Assembly (NCBI GenBank): GCA_965112155.1
Contig: OZ218100.1
Reading direction: 5' to 3' (one strand)
DNA from: Podarcis liolepis
Lineage: Eukaryota
Length of the DNA stretch: 64,000 bases
Shown here: piece after piece, positions 61,719 through 64,000 of the stretch
Numbering within the stretch: position 1 is the stretch's first letter
Layout of the letters: every line of letters starts with the position of its first letter
Made by a program: the position numbers and the translations under genes
Notes under the pieces: model-generated
What the model saw: only the letters and a program-made list of their open reading frames with translations
The model's database searches: none
Told to the model about the DNA's origin: nothing

Positions 61719-63207
61719 TACCTTCCACATCCCCAGCCTGTCTGATACAGTTTTACCAGATTTGTGTGGTCATGATTTTGGTTTGTTTGTTTTTTTACTG
61801 CTGACACCTGTATCCTGACCTTCATTTAAAGCCCCCCCCCCCCCGTTATTGGGTGAGGGATGCCATAATGGTATCTGCACAGCTGCAAGCAGATTCAAAA
61901 CCATTGTTGGGTGTTTGAGGGTCTTTCCAATGGTAAATGGGGATAGTCAGAGGCTACATTAAAATAGAGTGAAACCAGGGGAATCTCTCAATATATGAGT
62001 GGTTGGAGCAGTTTATCTTCTCTTATAATTCTCCTAGCAGTTATTATAGGAGAAAATAAAATGCCACAACACTCATGACCCCAGGTCTCCTGAAACCAGA
62101 GCAAAAATAAAAACACAGGCAGAATATAGTTCATGTGCATCTAAGCCTGTGTAAATCCCTAAATGGATTGTATACTGTATAAAGAAAGGGGAATAAGCAA
62201 GGCAGAATGCAGTCAAGAAGCAGAAATCTCAAATGCTGCTCCTGAAAATTGGCCACATGCCAACATGAGCTAATGCGGCCGGATGTTTCTCAGATCTGCT
62301 CTGTTTAAAAGAACAACAGAATTCAAACCAAGATACGTACTTCATTTACATCTCCACACAAAACACCGACAACATTGCCCTTGCACTGCAGCTGTTGCCC
62401 ATCTTGCTTTTGTCACTGTAACCTTCTGCACCCTCACAAATATTTAGCTGGCTTTATTTGCACCCTCACAAACAACAGCAGGCCCTCTGTTTTCTCCCTT
62501 ATGTTCCTCCCTCACACTCCCCTCCCTTCCTCCTTTCCCTCTCAATTTCACTTTTGTCTCTCAACTCCCACAGACCCTGTTCTGCACCTCAATACCCAAA
62601 CTCCCTTTTCTCTTCAGCCCTGTTTCATTCATGCTCTCCCGCCAGTAAGGACCACCCCTTCCAGAATGCCCCATCTCCCCCTTAAGATGCTGTCTCTATC
62701 ATGCTGCATTCCTTCTGTCTCTTACCAGCTCTCTCATTCTCACTCCCTTTCTAAATCTCTCAGCTCCAGGCTGCTCTTTCTCACCAGCAGCTTTCCTTTT
62801 CATGCCATCTGTCAGTTCTTCAGTTTCTCCGTCTTCTATCAGACTGTGCTAGGAACTCTCCACTTGGGCAATAGAGTCCAGGAATTACTCTCTGAAGGAA
62901 CCTGGCAAGTGAATGTACGGTAACCGTACTGGCTAATACAAGTCCTTGCTGTGTTGGGAGATGTGTTCAAGGTATTATATGTGATACCTAAGGCTGGCAT
63001 CAAGAGTGCCGTCAAATCTGAGCGTTTGGAAGTCCCCCACCCCGCTTTTGAGTTCTTCTCTGAATAAATTTTCCTTCATGAGTCTAAGTTCTCAACTTCA
63101 GCCTCAGAAAGTGCTTCCTCTGATCATTCACGCGGGAGAATGGTAAATTTAAGATTAAGATTTAAGATAACAGGCCAGTGATACAATATGGTACTTTTAA
63201 TAAATTT

Positions 63208-63443
63208 GGGCTTATCCACACTTGCCTATTGTCTGCTCTTTCCATGCAGAGGTCCATGCTTAAATGTTCTGTGTCCAATCTAAAGCTGAATTGGAGCAAA
63301 CATTAATTCAAGTTTTCTGCAGATTGTCATTAAAGTGCAAATTTTCATGGGGAAAGCTCCAGAGCAAAAAGAGAAGGACACATAACTTTAAATCGCAGGA
63401 TATGCTTGGAAAGAGCAGAGGAAAGTTAAGTGTGGGTATGCCC
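63208..63443. mobile_element. Palindromic MITE (Harbinger-like)
   Basis: TIR GGGCTTATCCACACTT / AAGTGTGGGTATGCCC; internal TCTGCTCTTTTCC / GGAAAGAGCAGA; TTT on both flanks. Confidence 0.65.
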
Positions 63444-63493
63444 TTTACTGCAAAGTTAAAGTCATAGTCACTGAATACTGACAGTACTGTTTC

Positions 63494-63757
63494 TGTTATG
63501 TACTGAAATTTTCACCCTGGGCCAGCAGGGGGATACTGTAGATAGTTTTCACACAGGTCCACATATGCAAATAAGGGATTGAAAGTGACGTTCAGTGATT
63601 GGATAGTTACAGAAAATGGTTACTGTTGCATTGTAGTGGAGCTCTATATAAGCAGGCTAGCTGAACCCTTCAGTTCAGTTCTGTTCTGGCCTGTGAATAA
63701 ACAAGAGCTGTTTGAAGAATCGCTGTGTCGTCTGATATGTTCACCCACAACTTAACG
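63494..63757 (+). mobile_element. Solo LTR (264 bp)
   Basis: TGTTA...TAACG termini (CA>CG), 5-bp TSD GTTTC (63489-63493, 63758-63762), TATATAA 63645, AATAAA 63696. Confidence 0.85.
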
Positions 63758-64000
63758 GTTTCTGTGTGGAAAGCGGACAGGGTAATTAAACGCTATGCAA
63801 TAGAACAAAATATTATTATATTCACCTCCCTCTCTCTCTCCCTCCCTTCCTCTCTCTCTCCCCTCTCACTTTCCCCCCATTTGCACAATGTCTATGACAA
63901 TAGTGTCTCATACCAAATGTAAACAAACTGTAAGACTCTATGAATTGAAAGTGGAGACACTATATGTACTTTTCCTTGTTTATTTGTTTGTTTTGTTGTT

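Noticed and set aside
62375-62923. 182-aa ORF
   Set aside because: Non-ATG start, pyrimidine-rich low-complexity DNA, no recognisable domain or exon support.

Overview
Vertebrate genomic DNA, almost certainly from a squamate reptile; the SINE families suggest a lacertid lizard (inference). It contains two complete, convergent, intron-containing genes. PM20D2 (M20-family dipeptidase) is on + with 7 coding exons at 2762-18842 (1422 nt, 473 aa) and starts in a CpG island. GABRR1 (GABA-A receptor rho1) is on - with 10 coding exons at 57095-27801 (1440 nt, 479 aa). All exon phases join into open frames. The rest is intron/UTR/intergenic DNA rich in transposon relics: tRNA-derived SINEs, a Sauria SINE, CR1/L2/L1 fragments, hAT, Tc1/mariner and Harbinger-like MITEs, a solo LTR, and microsatellites. 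The most notable observations are: a minimal type I hammerhead ribozyme in a Penelope-like fragment in GABRR1 intron 2; a GC-AG intron 7 in GABRR1; a 38-codon candidate uORF before the GABRR1 ATG; a solo LTR carrying CTCF/octamer/CCAAT/TATA motifs; and an unclassified retro-insertion supplying poly(A) signals downstream of PM20D2. I see no evidence for a wholly new multi-gene system. Most ORFs in the supplied track are chance ORFs. Repeat family names are from recognition, not a database search.
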